DNA of 64,000 nt from Thermoplasmata archaeon (GCA_021797915.1 JAJZYT010000002.1:65040-129039); one strand, 5' to 3'. Shown: positions 19,062 to 31,638, numbered from the stretch's first letter. The notes: a model not told the origin generated them from the letters alone. Numbers and translations are program-made.

Positions 19062-20132
19062 ATGAGGACCCCTCTTTACAATGAAATAGTTAAAATGAAT
19101 GCGAAAATGGTAGATTTCCATGGATGGGACATGCCAATTCAGTTCTCGGGGATAATTGAAGAACACAAACAAGTAAGATCAAAAGTTGGATTGTTCGATG
19201 TTTCGCATATGGGAGATATAACGATAGAGGGGAGGGACGCACAAGAATTCATGATCTATCTCTTCCCTACAGACATTTCAAAGGAACCCATAGGTAAAGC
19301 GATCTATTCTGCTTACCTTACTCCAGAAGCAAACATGATCGACGATACCATAATCTATAAGGAAGCAGAAGACAAGTATCTAGTAGTCCCGAATGCAGCA
19401 ACAATCGAAAAAATCCACAACTGGATAATATCAAACCGGAAATCGTACGACGTCAGGATCAACAACCTTTCTGACAGGATGTCTTGCCTCGCACTCCAGG
19501 GTCCGATGGCATCCGAGGTGATGAAAGGTGTATTCCCAGAAGCAAACGGACTGGAACATTTCACTTTCATGGGTGCCTCTGAGAAGTATCCTGAGAAGGG
19601 ACTCGAGAATGCCACCGTCGTAGGAAGAACCGGATACACGGGAGAAGATGGGTTTGAGTTCGTGGTTCCGAACAAGTATGCAGTGGGGCTTTGGAGAGAG
19701 ATCTTAAGCAATCCGCTGGTCAAACCTATCGGACTCGGAGCAAGGGATACACTTCGAATGGAGAAAGGCTTCCTTCTATCGGGTCAGGATTTCAACGAAG
19801 ACAAGAATCCAATCGAGGCGGGTGTTTCGTGGATCATAGGATGGGACCACGATTTCATTGGAAAGAAGAAACTGCTTGAGAAAAAAGGAAACATAAAAGA
19901 AAGGTTCAGAGGAGTCGTAGCTTCGGACAGAATAGTTCCAAGAATCGGTTCAGTTCTCAAGAGGGGCAGTGAGGTGATTGGAACTTTGACATCCGGGTCA
20001 TTCTCTCCCACATTATCGAGGGGGATAGGACTGGGATATGTGAATCCTGGAGTAGAGATAGATTCTGAAATAACGATTCAGACGAGGAACATAGAGGGCA
20101 AAGGCATTCTTAAGAAACCTAGAATGGTTTAG
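19062..20132 (+). CDS. gcvT: Glycine cleavage system aminomethyltransferase T
   Basis: RTPLY, F.GWDMPIQF, FDVSHMG, RTGYTGEDGFE, GLGARDTLRME. Confidence 0.96.
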   Translation: MRTPLYNEIVKMNAKMVDFHGWDMPIQFSGIIEEHKQVRSKVGLFDVSHMGDITIEGRDAQEFMIYLFPTDISKEPIGKAIYSAYLTPEANMIDDTIIYKEAEDKYLVVPNAATIEKIHNWIISNRKSYDVRINNLSDRMSCLALQGPMASEVMKGVFPEANGLEHFTFMGASEKYPEKGLENATVVGRTGYTGEDGFEFVVPNKYAVGLWREILSNPLVKPIGLGARDTLRMEKGFLLSGQDFNEDKNPIEAGVSWIIGWDHDFIGKKKLLEKKGNIKERFRGVVASDRIVPRIGSVLKRGSEVIGTLTSGSFSPTLSRGIGLGYVNPGVEIDSEITIQTRNIEGKGILKKPRMV

Positions 20133-20135
20133 TCC

Positions 20136-20678
20136 TTAAAGCCTGCTAATGAAGTAGTCGTGTATCTTTCCGTTCCCGTAAATTTCAGGATGGAACGAAA
20201 GACCCAAATTCTTTCCATCTGAGATCATTACTGCATTATTTTCAAAGCTTGCGAGGACTTCACCACCACGGACTCTGGTGACCAAAGGTGCCCGTATAAA
20301 GACCCCCCTGAACTCGCCAATTCCCTTTATCTCTAAATCAGTTTCGAAACTCTCCCTCTGACTTCCATATCCGTTTCTCTTCACTTCGATGTCTAGTATT
20401 GGGATTAGCCCGGGTCTTCCTTCAACGCTCTTTGACATCAAGATCAGCCCTGCACAGGTACCCATAACTGGAAGATTTGACTCAACTATCTTGTTTGAAA
20501 TGCCTCTCTGTCTCATTATGCCCCCTATAACGGTACTCTCTCCTCCAGGCACTACGATCCCTGAAAGTCCAACAAGGTCAGATATCCTCCTAACCTTCCT
20601 AGCTTTAGCTCCCAGACTTTCAAGTATGCTAATGTGCTCAGCTACATCGCCTTGAATGTCCAGGACACCAATTTCCAT
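20136..20678 (-). CDS. pdxT: Pyridoxal 5'-phosphate synthase glutaminase subunit
   Basis: QGDV.EH, PGGEST, GTCAGLI, RNGYGSQRESFE, FIRAP, FHPE. Confidence 0.96.
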   Translation of the reverse strand: MEIGVLDIQGDVAEHISILESLGAKARKVRRISDLVGLSGIVVPGGESTVIGGIMRQRGISNKIVESNLPVMGTCAGLILMSKSVEGRPGLIPILDIEVKRNGYGSQRESFETDLEIKGIGEFRGVFIRAPLVTRVRGGEVLASFENNAVMISDGKNLGLSFHPEIYGNGKIHDYFISRL

Positions 20679-20756
20679 TGCTAGGATATGAGTTCTAAAT
20701 ATCTATTCCTTATCGTCCGATTATCATTATATCCGAAGAGATAATCAACGTTCAGC

Positions 20757-22034
20757 ATGAGGATATTGATTGGGGAAGTAAAGAATCATATTGACACAGA
20801 GGTAGAGATTTCTGGATGGACTCAGAACATCAGGATAATGAGCACAGTATTATTCATCGAACTGAGGGATGTATCTGGAACCGTACAGGGAGTCCTCTTA
20901 AAGAAAGGTAATGAAGAACTCTTCGAAACCCTGAAAGCATTGCCGCGAGAATCCGTGTTGTCCATGACTGGGCAGGCTGTTAAGAGTCAAGCTAAGATTG
21001 GTTATGAAGTCCAAATTAAGCATCTCGATATTCTCAACAGGGCCGAAACTCCTCTCCCCTTGGGTGTTGTGGATAAGATTGAATCGGACATTGAGACCAG
21101 GCTGGAGAACAGATTTCTTGATCTCAGAAGACCTGAAAAACTTTCGATCTTCAAGATACAAAGTACCATCTCAAATTCCATAAGGAATTTTTTCGTCAAT
21201 AGCGGATTCATAGAGATCCACTCACCTAAGATAGTAGCAGCAGCAACGGAGGGCGGGACCGAGCTATTTCCAGTCAAGTATTTTGAGAAGAATGCTTATT
21301 TGAGTCAGAGCCCGCAGCTGTACAAGGAAATGATGATGTCTGCAGGGTTCGACAAAGTCTTCGAGGTTGCTCCGGCATTCAGAGCAGAGGAGCACAACAC
21401 GCCTAGACACATCAACGAATTCACTTCCATAGATATGGAGATGAGTTTTGTGAATGATGAAGGTGTGATGGACGTACTCGAAAATGTCGTTAAAACTGCT
21501 TACAAAGCTGCTGCGGATACAAATGAAAGGGAACTGGAAATACTAGGCGTTCCGAAGCCTAACCTAGATTATAAATTCAAGAGGATAACATACAGCGAAT
21601 ACGTGCAGATGGCAAATCAAAAAGGAATAGTATTGAATGACGGAGAGGATCTGTCAACACAGGTCCTTAAAACTGTTGGTGGAGGGATAAAAGAGTTTTA
21701 TTTCATCACAAGGTGGCCAAGGGAATTGAAGCCATTTTATGTGCAGCCTTACGATGAGAAATATTCCAGAGGATTCGATCTCCAATTCGGAGAGCTCGAA
21801 ATAACCAGCGGCGCTCAAAGGGTCCATTCCCCAGAAGTATTGATCAACAACCTGAAGAGCAAGGGTCTGAATCCAGATTCCTTCAGTTTCTACGTCAACA
21901 CCTTCAAATACGGCATGCCTCCTCACGCGGGCTGGGCTATAGGACTCGAGAGGCTCACCATGGTGTTACTCGATATCGCCAACATAAGGGAAACTACACT
22001 TTTCCCCAGAGACAGGACGAGGGTCACTCCATGA
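20757..22034 (+). CDS. aspS: Aspartate--tRNA ligase (archaeal type)
   Basis: [48 protein letters not shown]. Confidence 0.97.
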   Translation: MRILIGEVKNHIDTEVEISGWTQNIRIMSTVLFIELRDVSGTVQGVLLKKGNEELFETLKALPRESVLSMTGQAVKSQAKIGYEVQIKHLDILNRAETPLPLGVVDKIESDIETRLENRFLDLRRPEKLSIFKIQSTISNSIRNFFVNSGFIEIHSPKIVAAATEGGTELFPVKYFEKNAYLSQSPQLYKEMMMSAGFDKVFEVAPAFRAEEHNTPRHINEFTSIDMEMSFVNDEGVMDVLENVVKTAYKAAADTNERELEILGVPKPNLDYKFKRITYSEYVQMANQKGIVLNDGEDLSTQVLKTVGGGIKEFYFITRWPRELKPFYVQPYDEKYSRGFDLQFGELEITSGAQRVHSPEVLINNLKSKGLNPDSFSFYVNTFKYGMPPHAGWAIGLERLTMVLLDIANIRETTLFPRDRTRVTP

Positions 22035-22047
22035 GTTTCCACTTGAA

Positions 22048-23310
22048 GTGCAGGGGGGAGGGACATTGTTAGAAACTTACGTCAACAACGAATTCGTAAG
22101 GATAAGGGAGAGCGTCTCCAGAAAGCTTGAGATCACGGAGTTGGTTAAAAGACACGGCAAGAAGCCAATCTTGCTGGAGGACCTTGGAGGCAAGAAAGCA
22201 GTTCTCAACCTCTGGGCGGACAGAGAGAGGATATACAGAGAACTGAAAATGACTAGAGACCAGTTCTTGCTAAACTACGAATCATCCCTCTCGGAGAACG
22301 TGAACCTGAAGGAAGGAGAAAAACTCTTCAAGTCAAAAGCAGACATGAAAGACGTCCCTGTGTGCTGGCATTATCCCGGTGATGCAGGCTACTACATAAC
22401 TTCCGGCATATTTGTAGCAGAAAGGAATGGCAAGAGGAATCTTTCCATTCATAGGGTCTTTGTCGAAAGCGAGAGAGGAGGATACGCAAGGTTAGTTCCA
22501 AGGGACCTGCTAAAGATGTACAACGATGCAGTCTCACATGGGGAAGAAATGAAAGTCTCCATTGTCATTGGTTCACCCCTTGAATTTCTCCTAGCTTCGG
22601 CAACCTCTGTTCCATTTGAACAGGACGAATCAATGGTTGCAGCATCTCTTTACCGGAAGTCGAAAGGAAAGGAGATGGAATTTTCAAGGTCAAAATTCGG
22701 GCTACTCGTTCCATCTAATTCAGATTACGTTATCAACGCAATCTTAACCGGTAAAGCGAAGGAGGAGGGACCATTCAAAGATGTAACCGGAACTTACGAC
22801 ATACAGAATGGCCAACCGCAGATTCTGTTCGATTCAGTCGAGTGCGTCAGAGACCCGATATATCACGCGCTGGTCCCAGCCACCATGGAACACTTCAACC
22901 TCATGGGGCTTCCACGAGAACCAACCATCTTCAAGGAGATCAGGGGAGAAGGAGTCAATGTAAAAGATGTTAGGTTGAGTGAAGGGGGGGCCAGCTGGTT
23001 GCACGGAATCGTCAAGATTAAGAAGACCAGTGAGGACGATTTCGCAAAGACCGTGGAAGCCTCATTCAGGGGTCACAAGAGCATGAAGAGGGTAATAGTA
23101 GTAGATGAGGACATAGACATCTACCGTGATGAAGACGTTGAATGGGCCCTTGCGACCAGATTTCAGGCCGACAAAGGGTTATTGATCAAGAAAGAGAGAG
23201 GTTCTTCTCTGGACCCAAGCAGCGGTGAAGACTTCATAACTGCAAAAATGGGCATGGACGCAACCATGCCAATCGGCGGTGGAAGGAAATTCGTAAGAGA
23301 GGTCAGCTGA
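22048..23310 (+). CDS. UbiD-family prFMN decarboxylase (anhydromevalonate phosphate decarboxylase candidate)
   Basis: DAGYYITSG, NLSIHR, EGPFKDVTGTYD, WALATRFQAD, GSSLDPS; probable start TTG 22066. Confidence 0.85.
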   Translation: MQGGGTLLETYVNNEFVRIRESVSRKLEITELVKRHGKKPILLEDLGGKKAVLNLWADRERIYRELKMTRDQFLLNYESSLSENVNLKEGEKLFKSKADMKDVPVCWHYPGDAGYYITSGIFVAERNGKRNLSIHRVFVESERGGYARLVPRDLLKMYNDAVSHGEEMKVSIVIGSPLEFLLASATSVPFEQDESMVAASLYRKSKGKEMEFSRSKFGLLVPSNSDYVINAILTGKAKEEGPFKDVTGTYDIQNGQPQILFDSVECVRDPIYHALVPATMEHFNLMGLPREPTIFKEIRGEGVNVKDVRLSEGGASWLHGIVKIKKTSEDDFAKTVEASFRGHKSMKRVIVVDEDIDIYRDEDVEWALATRFQADKGLLIKKERGSSLDPSSGEDFITAKMGMDATMPIGGGRKFVREVS

Positions 23311-24313
23311 CTCTTCTGACCATCAAATCTGCCATCGCTCTCAACTGACTTCTCTTGGTCGGCGAATCTGTCAAGCCATTTATCGAAGAGACGGCGTGTT
23401 CGTAGTATGAGTTGGCCAGCTCTCTCGTTTTATCAAGCGCTCCAGATTTTTCAATAATATCTTTCACTCTCTGGAAATCTGCGCTGGATATTCCTTTCCT
23501 GCCAAGCCTAGTCTTGATGAACTCCACATCTCCCTTCTTGGCCATCTCGTAGGTGTAGAGGATGAGGTGTGTTTTCTTTCCCTCTTCAAAATCACTCACC
23601 ACTGATTTCCCCAATTCTTTTTCGTTCCCAAACATTCCCAAGATGTCGTCTTGGATCTGGAAGGCAATTCCAAGCGGAATTCCGTATTCATCTATTTTCT
23701 CGGGGTCGTCGTATCCCGACAAAGTCGCTCCCATTTTCATCGGACCGTTAACCGTATATTGAGCGGTCTTGTACTTGTGGATGGCAGTTACGTCGTCGAG
23801 TGACATGTCATTTCCCAAAGAGAGTGTTATATCCATGAGCTGTCCGACTCCGGTTTGCTCCACTATCTCCGACATTAATCTCATGGCGCTGTTCAGTCGA
23901 TCGGGAACGAAATCAACTTCAAGGAGAGCTTCGTGCGAAAAAGCATCTGACAAATCTGCACACACTATTGAGACTCCCTCGCTCACTCTATCCTCATACC
24001 CAAACATTTTATGAAACGCCGGTCCTCCTCTTCTTACCTCACTCTGATCTATAATATCATCGTGAATCAGGAGGTAAGATTGCATGAGTTCGAGAGATAC
24101 AGATGCACGTACTATCTTGTCATCGATATCCGAATTTAACCAATAACCCAGAATCATAAAGAGAGGTCTTATCCTCTTCCCTCCTCTCATCGTGAATTCT
24201 CTCAGTTTGGAAATTGCCTCCTTTTCTATTCCTCTCTTTCCAGTTATTTTATACGAGAAGAATTTTTCGAGTGCCTGATCGACCCGACCTTTGTATTGAG
24301 AAACAAAGTCCAT
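23303..24313 (-). CDS. Polyprenyl (geranylgeranyl) diphosphate synthase
   Basis: GGKRIRP, LIHDDIID..RRG (FARM), KTA.Y, AFQIQDDILG (SARM). Confidence 0.93.
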   Translation of the reverse strand: MDFVSQYKGRVDQALEKFFSYKITGKRGIEKEAISKLREFTMRGGKRIRPLFMILGYWLNSDIDDKIVRASVSLELMQSYLLIHDDIIDQSEVRRGGPAFHKMFGYEDRVSEGVSIVCADLSDAFSHEALLEVDFVPDRLNSAMRLMSEIVEQTGVGQLMDITLSLGNDMSLDDVTAIHKYKTAQYTVNGPMKMGATLSGYDDPEKIDEYGIPLGIAFQIQDDILGMFGNEKELGKSVVSDFEEGKKTHLILYTYEMAKKGDVEFIKTRLGRKGISSADFQRVKDIIEKSGALDKTRELANSYYEHAVSSINGLTDSPTKRSQLRAMADLMVRRVS

Positions 24314-24414
24314 GTTTCTAAATGTATTCTGTTTATAAGAAAGTTTTTTGTTACCTCACTTTCAAATTCTCGTGCGAGTCCAGTGTCTGGGCGACCTTGA
24401 TATTCTGGTGCAAT

Positions 24415-24440
24415 TATCGATATCGATATCGTTTTATATA
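24415..24440 (+). promoter_or_regulatory. Palindrome TATCGATATCGATA directly upstream of a TATA box (ABC operon promoter)
   Basis: Perfect 14-bp palindrome at 24415-24428; TTTTATATA at 24432-24440. Confidence 0.5.
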
Positions 24441-24483
24441 CGCATCCCATTAGGGAGAAGCAAAAGAATGGGGCTCATCCCTC

Positions 24484-25395
24484 ATGATAACAATAGAAAA
24501 CCTTACAAAGATTTATTCCGCGAAGGATGGAGCAGCAGTTGACTCTCTTTCACTCGAAGTCAGGGACGGGGAGATACTCGGGTTCGTGGGGTTGAATGGG
24601 GCTGGAAAATCGACAACGATCAGAATCGTTGCAGGCGTGACACTGCCAACAACGGGAGACGTTTTCATCGATGGTGAAAGCATAACGAAGAAGAAAACCG
24701 AGGCATCCAGGCAGATAGGATGGGTACCCGAACTTCCAAATTTCGAACTGAATGCAAAAGCAGTTCCGCTGCTTAGATACTTCGCTGGATATTATGGGTT
24801 GAAAAGAGATCAGGAAGAAGAACACATCAATGAGTTGCTCAGGCAGGTGGGACTCTGGCCACATAGGGGCAAGAAACTGAGGACATATTCACAGGGAATG
24901 AAGAAGAGATTTTCCTTAGCAGAATCTCTCATTGGCGACCCCCACAATCTGATGTTCGACGAAACCCTAAATGGCCTAGATCCGGAAGGTGTTCAATTCG
25001 TCAGGAATCTGATAGTGGATCAGAAGAAGAAGGGGAAAGCAGTGCTCCTTTCCTCACACATACTGAGTGAGATAGAAGCTTTATCAGATCGTATAGCCAT
25101 AATCCATCATGGGAAGTTAATCAAAATACTCGACAGGAAGGATCTCAATGAGCTGGGCCGAGAAAGAATCGCAATTGAAATAGACAATCTCGATGACAAG
25201 TCGCTGGAAATAGTCTCTAGGTATGGCGAGGTCAAACATACGAGCGACGGTATTTCTCTAATGTCCCTAAGGATCGATAAGAAGGACTATCCCAGCATCC
25301 TTCGGGAATTAGTGCAGGGCGGTTACAAGGTAAGAAAATTTGAGCCCTCTGGGGAATCGTTGGAAGAATATTTCTTCAACTCCATAGGTGAATAG
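24484..25395 (+). CDS. ABC-2 type transporter ATP-binding protein
   Basis: GLNGAGKST Walker A, YSQGMK signature, MFDE Walker B, SSH. Confidence 0.94.
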   Translation: MITIENLTKIYSAKDGAAVDSLSLEVRDGEILGFVGLNGAGKSTTIRIVAGVTLPTTGDVFIDGESITKKKTEASRQIGWVPELPNFELNAKAVPLLRYFAGYYGLKRDQEEEHINELLRQVGLWPHRGKKLRTYSQGMKKRFSLAESLIGDPHNLMFDETLNGLDPEGVQFVRNLIVDQKKKGKAVLLSSHILSEIEALSDRIAIIHHGKLIKILDRKDLNELGRERIAIEIDNLDDKSLEIVSRYGEVKHTSDGISLMSLRIDKKDYPSILRELVQGGYKVRKFEPSGESLEEYFFNSIGE

Positions 25396-25528
25396 AGATG
25401 TATTTTATAGCTAATTTAAACAGTGGAATTCGATGGAAATCTGCAACTTTTAAGGGCCATCTACAAAAAGAGGAATGGCCTAATTCAACCAGTTTCAAGA
25501 GAACAAAAATAATTAAAGGAGTGATAGA

Positions 25529-27508
25529 ATGAAATATTTTGAGAAAAAGAAGAATGGAATGTCAAGACTTAGGGCCTCTGTTGTTGTGTTGATACTCGTA
25601 ACAATGATTATGAGCGTTGGAATACCGACAATTTCTAGCGGGCAAAACGATACTCAATCAGCCCCTCAATATGGGTATCCGTTCAGTGTCTTGAATACAA
25701 CGTTGTCGGAACAAGGTAGCGCAAATTCCTATCAGCTTCAGATAGGGATGGACGACGCAGGAACAGTCAGTTTGGCTCAGTTCAACCTGAACTTACCCCA
25801 CGCGTTTTATGGGGCGGGAAATGTTTCTTCTGAGCAACTTTCCAAGACAAATATCCAGGTTGGATACTTTGAACTGCCCTATCCTATTTACGCATTGAGT
25901 AATGCAAGCAGGGGTTACTACAATTTTTCATTGCGGGTTCAGTACTGGACATCTCTGCCATACTCAGGAACAGGGGCATACAGTGCAAACCAGACGTTCA
26001 ATCTTAACATCACATATCTTGGAACATCTTCCGTCAGGATTACAACTTCCACAGGTTCTGTAATTTCAGGGCAAACAAACTATCTGAAGATGTCCATAGA
26101 TAATCAGGGGACTGGCAATGTCTCAGATCTAAAAATAACCTTCAGTTCTCAGTCGCAGTTGACCTTAATGAAATCTATTCCCAGTGTTAACTCACTGGGT
26201 TCAAAAGAAGTATATAATTTCACAGCACAGGTTTACGTCGCAAGTACGGTATCTGGTGCAGTTTCAATGAATTTTACAGCCTCTTTTGATAGTCCTTATG
26301 GAAGTCATGAATCCACCAGCAATGACTCCAGTTTTCAGGTACAGCCTTCATTAACTTCTATAAACATTACTCCTTCAGCCATCCTACTGAATCCTGGTAA
26401 AACTAACAATATTTCTTTCACCTTCACTAACAACGGAAATAGCAACCTCTCAAATGTACAATCTGCGACCTCCTCCCAGTCACAGCTGAGCTTCCTCGAG
26501 CCGTTTCCGTTGATTGCCTCGCTTGGGGTAGGGCATTCTTTCACATGGGTCGAGCCAATTTATGTCTCTAGCTCGGTATCTGGGGCGGTAACAATCGATT
26601 TCTCCGAGTCTTTCACTACCCCGTCAGGAGTGCAGTCTTCAGAGCAGATTAATGTTGGATTCCATACTCAACAGACGAGCAATTCAGAGAACGCATCGTT
26701 GATAGTCAAATTTGTTTCCCCTTACGTATTGCTTGGCCTTAATTCAACGGCAGTTCTCAATATAACTAATATCGGTAATTCAACCGTATATTCTCCACTG
26801 ATTGACTTTTCTGCTCCTTCTGGTTTTACTGTCACAGGTAATTCTACCCTATATTTCCCTGGAGTTATTCTCAGGTCAGGAGATAGTTTCACCGTGCCTG
26901 TAACCATAAGCAGCTCACCAACTACCGCTCAGGGATCATACACAGCTACTGTTGTAATAGATTACTACAACAGTACTGGGACTGTTGTGACAAAAACGAA
27001 TTCTGCAGGATTCCTGGCAATTGCCCCAGTGTTGCTTGTCGTACAGGCCTTTTCAGAGAATGCCTCTGGAACTAGCATATCCGTAAGCGGCACTTTGCTA
27101 GACGAAGGAGCTGGATCCGCGTACTACCTGACTTTAGAGGCTAAGTTTGTCCAGCAGAACGTATCGTCTTCAGGGACTACCTATCTTGGGGAAATAGATT
27201 CAAACACCCCGACACCCTTCAGTCTTACATTAAAGGTACCTTCTGGAGCCGGCAATGGGTCCGCTTTAGTTTCCATAATCGTCGGATATCAAAACTATTA
27301 TGGCCAGAGTGTGAACTCAACAATAGCATCCCATACAATAGCTTTCCAGACTTCAAACACTTCGGTAATTCATACTCCTCCACCCATAAGGAAATACAAC
27401 CCTGTAAGAACAATAGCGGCACTAATCACGACTTTACTGATCGTGATTTTAATCATCATGGGGGTTGTACTAATAGTCAGGAGAAGGAACAGAAGGAAAA
27501 AGGAGTAG
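25529..27508 (+). CDS. COG1361-like S-layer/Ig-repeat surface glycoprotein
   Basis: Signal peptide, repeated N.G...(L/V).N beta-sandwich units, YLGEID, many N-x-S/T sites, C-terminal TM plus basic tail. Confidence 0.75.
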   Translation: MKYFEKKKNGMSRLRASVVVLILVTMIMSVGIPTISSGQNDTQSAPQYGYPFSVLNTTLSEQGSANSYQLQIGMDDAGTVSLAQFNLNLPHAFYGAGNVSSEQLSKTNIQVGYFELPYPIYALSNASRGYYNFSLRVQYWTSLPYSGTGAYSANQTFNLNITYLGTSSVRITTSTGSVISGQTNYLKMSIDNQGTGNVSDLKITFSSQSQLTLMKSIPSVNSLGSKEVYNFTAQVYVASTVSGAVSMNFTASFDSPYGSHESTSNDSSFQVQPSLTSINITPSAILLNPGKTNNISFTFTNNGNSNLSNVQSATSSQSQLSFLEPFPLIASLGVGHSFTWVEPIYVSSSVSGAVTIDFSESFTTPSGVQSSEQINVGFHTQQTSNSENASLIVKFVSPYVLLGLNSTAVLNITNIGNSTVYSPLIDFSAPSGFTVTGNSTLYFPGVILRSGDSFTVPVTISSSPTTAQGSYTATVVIDYYNSTGTVVTKTNSAGFLAIAPVLLVVQAFSENASGTSISVSGTLLDEGAGSAYYLTLEAKFVQQNVSSSGTTYLGEIDSNTPTPFSLTLKVPSGAGNGSALVSIIVGYQNYYGQSVNSTIASHTIAFQTSNTSVIHTPPPIRKYNPVRTIAALITTLLIVILIIMGVVLIVRRRNRRKKE

Positions 27509-27688
27509 TAGAACTGTGAGCAAGATGACGGAGATCGACAAGAAGGTAATCGCAAAATGAAGCCTGATTCGGCAATCTTAACGGTTGGAAGAATACGGAT
27601 TGAAGGTAAATCAGCTTCCTTCAGATCATCTAGGATTCAAATTTTTCGTCCAGTTTACGGGCCGGTCAATCTTTGGGGCAGATAGGCT

Positions 27689-29164
27689 ATGCGACCCGTA
27701 TTCTATGAAATAAAGAGGTCTATTACCAACAGATTCTCTATAGTTTTGATAGTTGCAATAATAGGACTTTCAGCCCTCATATCTTATGAGGGTGGCGTTT
27801 CCTCAACGTCTCACAACGCCAGGATTGGATCTACTAACGAAGTGACAGGGTACTATGTCACCGGAAACACGGTCACGCTAATCTCATATTTTTACGATCA
27901 AAATGGAAACCCGGTGAGTGACGTTAAAGCAAATGCACTCCTGAACGGTACGAGATTTCCAGGAACAGAAATGTACCCGGGTACCCTTGAATTTAACGTT
28001 ACTGTGCTACCACAGGACAGGATAGATCGGTCAACTTCCGTCTATATAACTCTGAATTATACCTATAAATCATCCTTCGGTTTGAAGTCAAGCACCAATA
28101 CCTCCATGACTATTAATGTGGTCAACACGAAGTTTTCAGGTCTGAATGTTGTAACAGGAATATCTGACCCTAGCAACACTTCAAGTCTAGGGTTTTTCCT
28201 GTTCTATGTCGGGGCCGCAGGAAATCACACTGCACCAGTAATCGACGTAAACCTTGCGACCGTTACTTCAGGGGTTATGAGCACGAATTACATATGGGAA
28301 CATGAATACTCGTCCTTTACCCATCTTAGCATATTTCCATCCCTCGGATCGGCTGCGATAAACAAGACTTATGGGTTGTACATCAAGAGCGGAGTTTCTT
28401 CATCAGTTTTCTTCAAGTCCCCTATCGGACCCCTCTCTCTTTACAAGCCAACAACAGTCAGCTCTCTAGAGTCATCCTTCTTCTCGATTGAGAGTTCCCT
28501 CCTCGTAATATTCATCCCACTCCTGGCAGTGTTCATGGCATATTTCACGTACGGCAAGGACAGAGTTATGGGAGTACTTGAAACAGTCATAAAGAGGCCT
28601 ATCACAAAGGGTGGCGCTATCCGTTCCAGATTCCTCGCCAATTCTGTGGTGGTTGCGTCTTCAATTGTGGCTGCAATCCTGGTAAGCGACCTGATATCGT
28701 TCAGGTATTTCCACCTATTCATGCCTGTGTCTTTCGTGTTATATATGTCGTGGGCATATTCAATCATCGGAATTTCATTCCTTGCAATTGCATACCTCTT
28801 TTCCCATCTATTGAAATCACCTGGGGCTCTCCTGGGAGCACTAATAGCGGTTTTCATGATCTTTGGCCTATTCTGGACCGTTATATTCGATGTTATTGTT
28901 TCGGTGTTTTCGATCGCGTCAGGATCAACAACCTATCTGACGCTGCAGGTCATCTTTGACTACGCAAATCCGGCAGGGTACGCATCCCTGTTTCAGTTGT
29001 TCATCACCCACAATTTGTCTGGGGGGCTAGGCGGGGCAGGCTCATCACAGAGTATAAATCCTGCAAGTTTCGGCGTCACTCCAGCTCTGTTATTGATATC
29101 AGCCATACTCTGGGTCGCAGTGCCTTTCATTCTGGCTCAGCAGATAGCGATCAAGAGAGACTAG
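27689..29164 (+). CDS. ABC-2 type transporter permease with extracellular domain
   Basis: N-terminal TM, soluble domain, GKDRVMGVLETVIKRPITK motif, multiple TMs. Confidence 0.85.
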   Translation: MRPVFYEIKRSITNRFSIVLIVAIIGLSALISYEGGVSSTSHNARIGSTNEVTGYYVTGNTVTLISYFYDQNGNPVSDVKANALLNGTRFPGTEMYPGTLEFNVTVLPQDRIDRSTSVYITLNYTYKSSFGLKSSTNTSMTINVVNTKFSGLNVVTGISDPSNTSSLGFFLFYVGAAGNHTAPVIDVNLATVTSGVMSTNYIWEHEYSSFTHLSIFPSLGSAAINKTYGLYIKSGVSSSVFFKSPIGPLSLYKPTTVSSLESSFFSIESSLLVIFIPLLAVFMAYFTYGKDRVMGVLETVIKRPITKGGAIRSRFLANSVVVASSIVAAILVSDLISFRYFHLFMPVSFVLYMSWAYSIIGISFLAIAYLFSHLLKSPGALLGALIAVFMIFGLFWTVIFDVIVSVFSIASGSTTYLTLQVIFDYANPAGYASLFQLFITHNLSGGLGGAGSSQSINPASFGVTPALLLISAILWVAVPFILAQQIAIKRD

Positions 29165-29246
29165 CTTGAAAACATACATTAAAGCGGGAAATGAATTTGA
29201 AGAAGAATGAAGGTATTTAAGTGACGAGGAGATAAGGGGAAAGTCT

Positions 29247-30751
<1,505 letters not shown>

Positions 30752-30771
30752 TGTTTTAAAGTCTGACGAAA

Positions 30772-31638
30772 TTGAGTTCAGTGAAGATAGTTTCTACAGG
30801 CAATTCAGAAGGACTCTCATCTAAAATTTCGTCAATTCTCGGAATACCACTTGCAAGGGTAAATCATAGGCGATTTGCTGATACCGAACTCTATGTCAGG
30901 ATAGAAGAACAGATGAACGAAGCAATCGTGGTTGGTAGCACGTACCCTGATTCAGGAATAATAGATATATTGCTCACTGCCGACGCGGCTCAAAATGCGG
31001 GAGCGAAGAAGAAGGTTCTTCTCGTCCCTTACTTTGGATATGCCAGGCAGGACGCGATGTTCCAACAGTATGAGGCGGTCAGTGCAAGAGTTCTGTCCGA
31101 ACTTTTCCTGGAAAGGTTTGACAAGATATTTGTGGTTAATATGCACTCTCCGGAGGGCATGGCGTTTCTTGGAAACAAGGGAAAAGAGATCCGTGCAGAG
31201 TCAGTCATAGGGGAACGAGTCAAGGAAGACGGGAACGACGTAGTGATTTCCCCCGATGACGGATTCAGAGAAGAGGGAGAAAATATATCCAAAGTGGCAG
31301 GACTAGAATCCATCTATCTGAACAAGAAGAGAGTCTCTGACACCAAGGTTGAGATCACCATTCCAGAAGGTTTCAGCGTGAAGGGGAAAGTTGTTGCACT
31401 GACCGATGACATGATCTCGACCGGCGGAACAATTCTCGAATCTTCCAAGGTTTTGAAGCAGAATGGTGCGAAAGCGATCAATGTATACTGCGTCCACGGA
31501 CTCTTCGTTTCGGGAACTTCTCGGTATGCAGGATTTGTTGACAGCATTTCCACGACGGATACCGTCGATGGGCCATTCTCAAAAATGACCGTTTCCGATA
31601 TAGTTGCTTCAAGCCTCAGAGAATATTTTGGGCACTAG
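30772..31638 (+). CDS. prs: Ribose-phosphate pyrophosphokinase
   Basis: RFADTE.YVRI, PYFGYARQD, SPDDG, DDMISTGGT; start may be GTG 30781. Confidence 0.94.
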   Translation: MSSVKIVSTGNSEGLSSKISSILGIPLARVNHRRFADTELYVRIEEQMNEAIVVGSTYPDSGIIDILLTADAAQNAGAKKKVLLVPYFGYARQDAMFQQYEAVSARVLSELFLERFDKIFVVNMHSPEGMAFLGNKGKEIRAESVIGERVKEDGNDVVISPDDGFREEGENISKVAGLESIYLNKKRVSDTKVEITIPEGFSVKGKVVALTDDMISTGGTILESSKVLKQNGAKAINVYCVHGLFVSGTSRYAGFVDSISTTDTVDGPFSKMTVSDIVASSLREYFGH

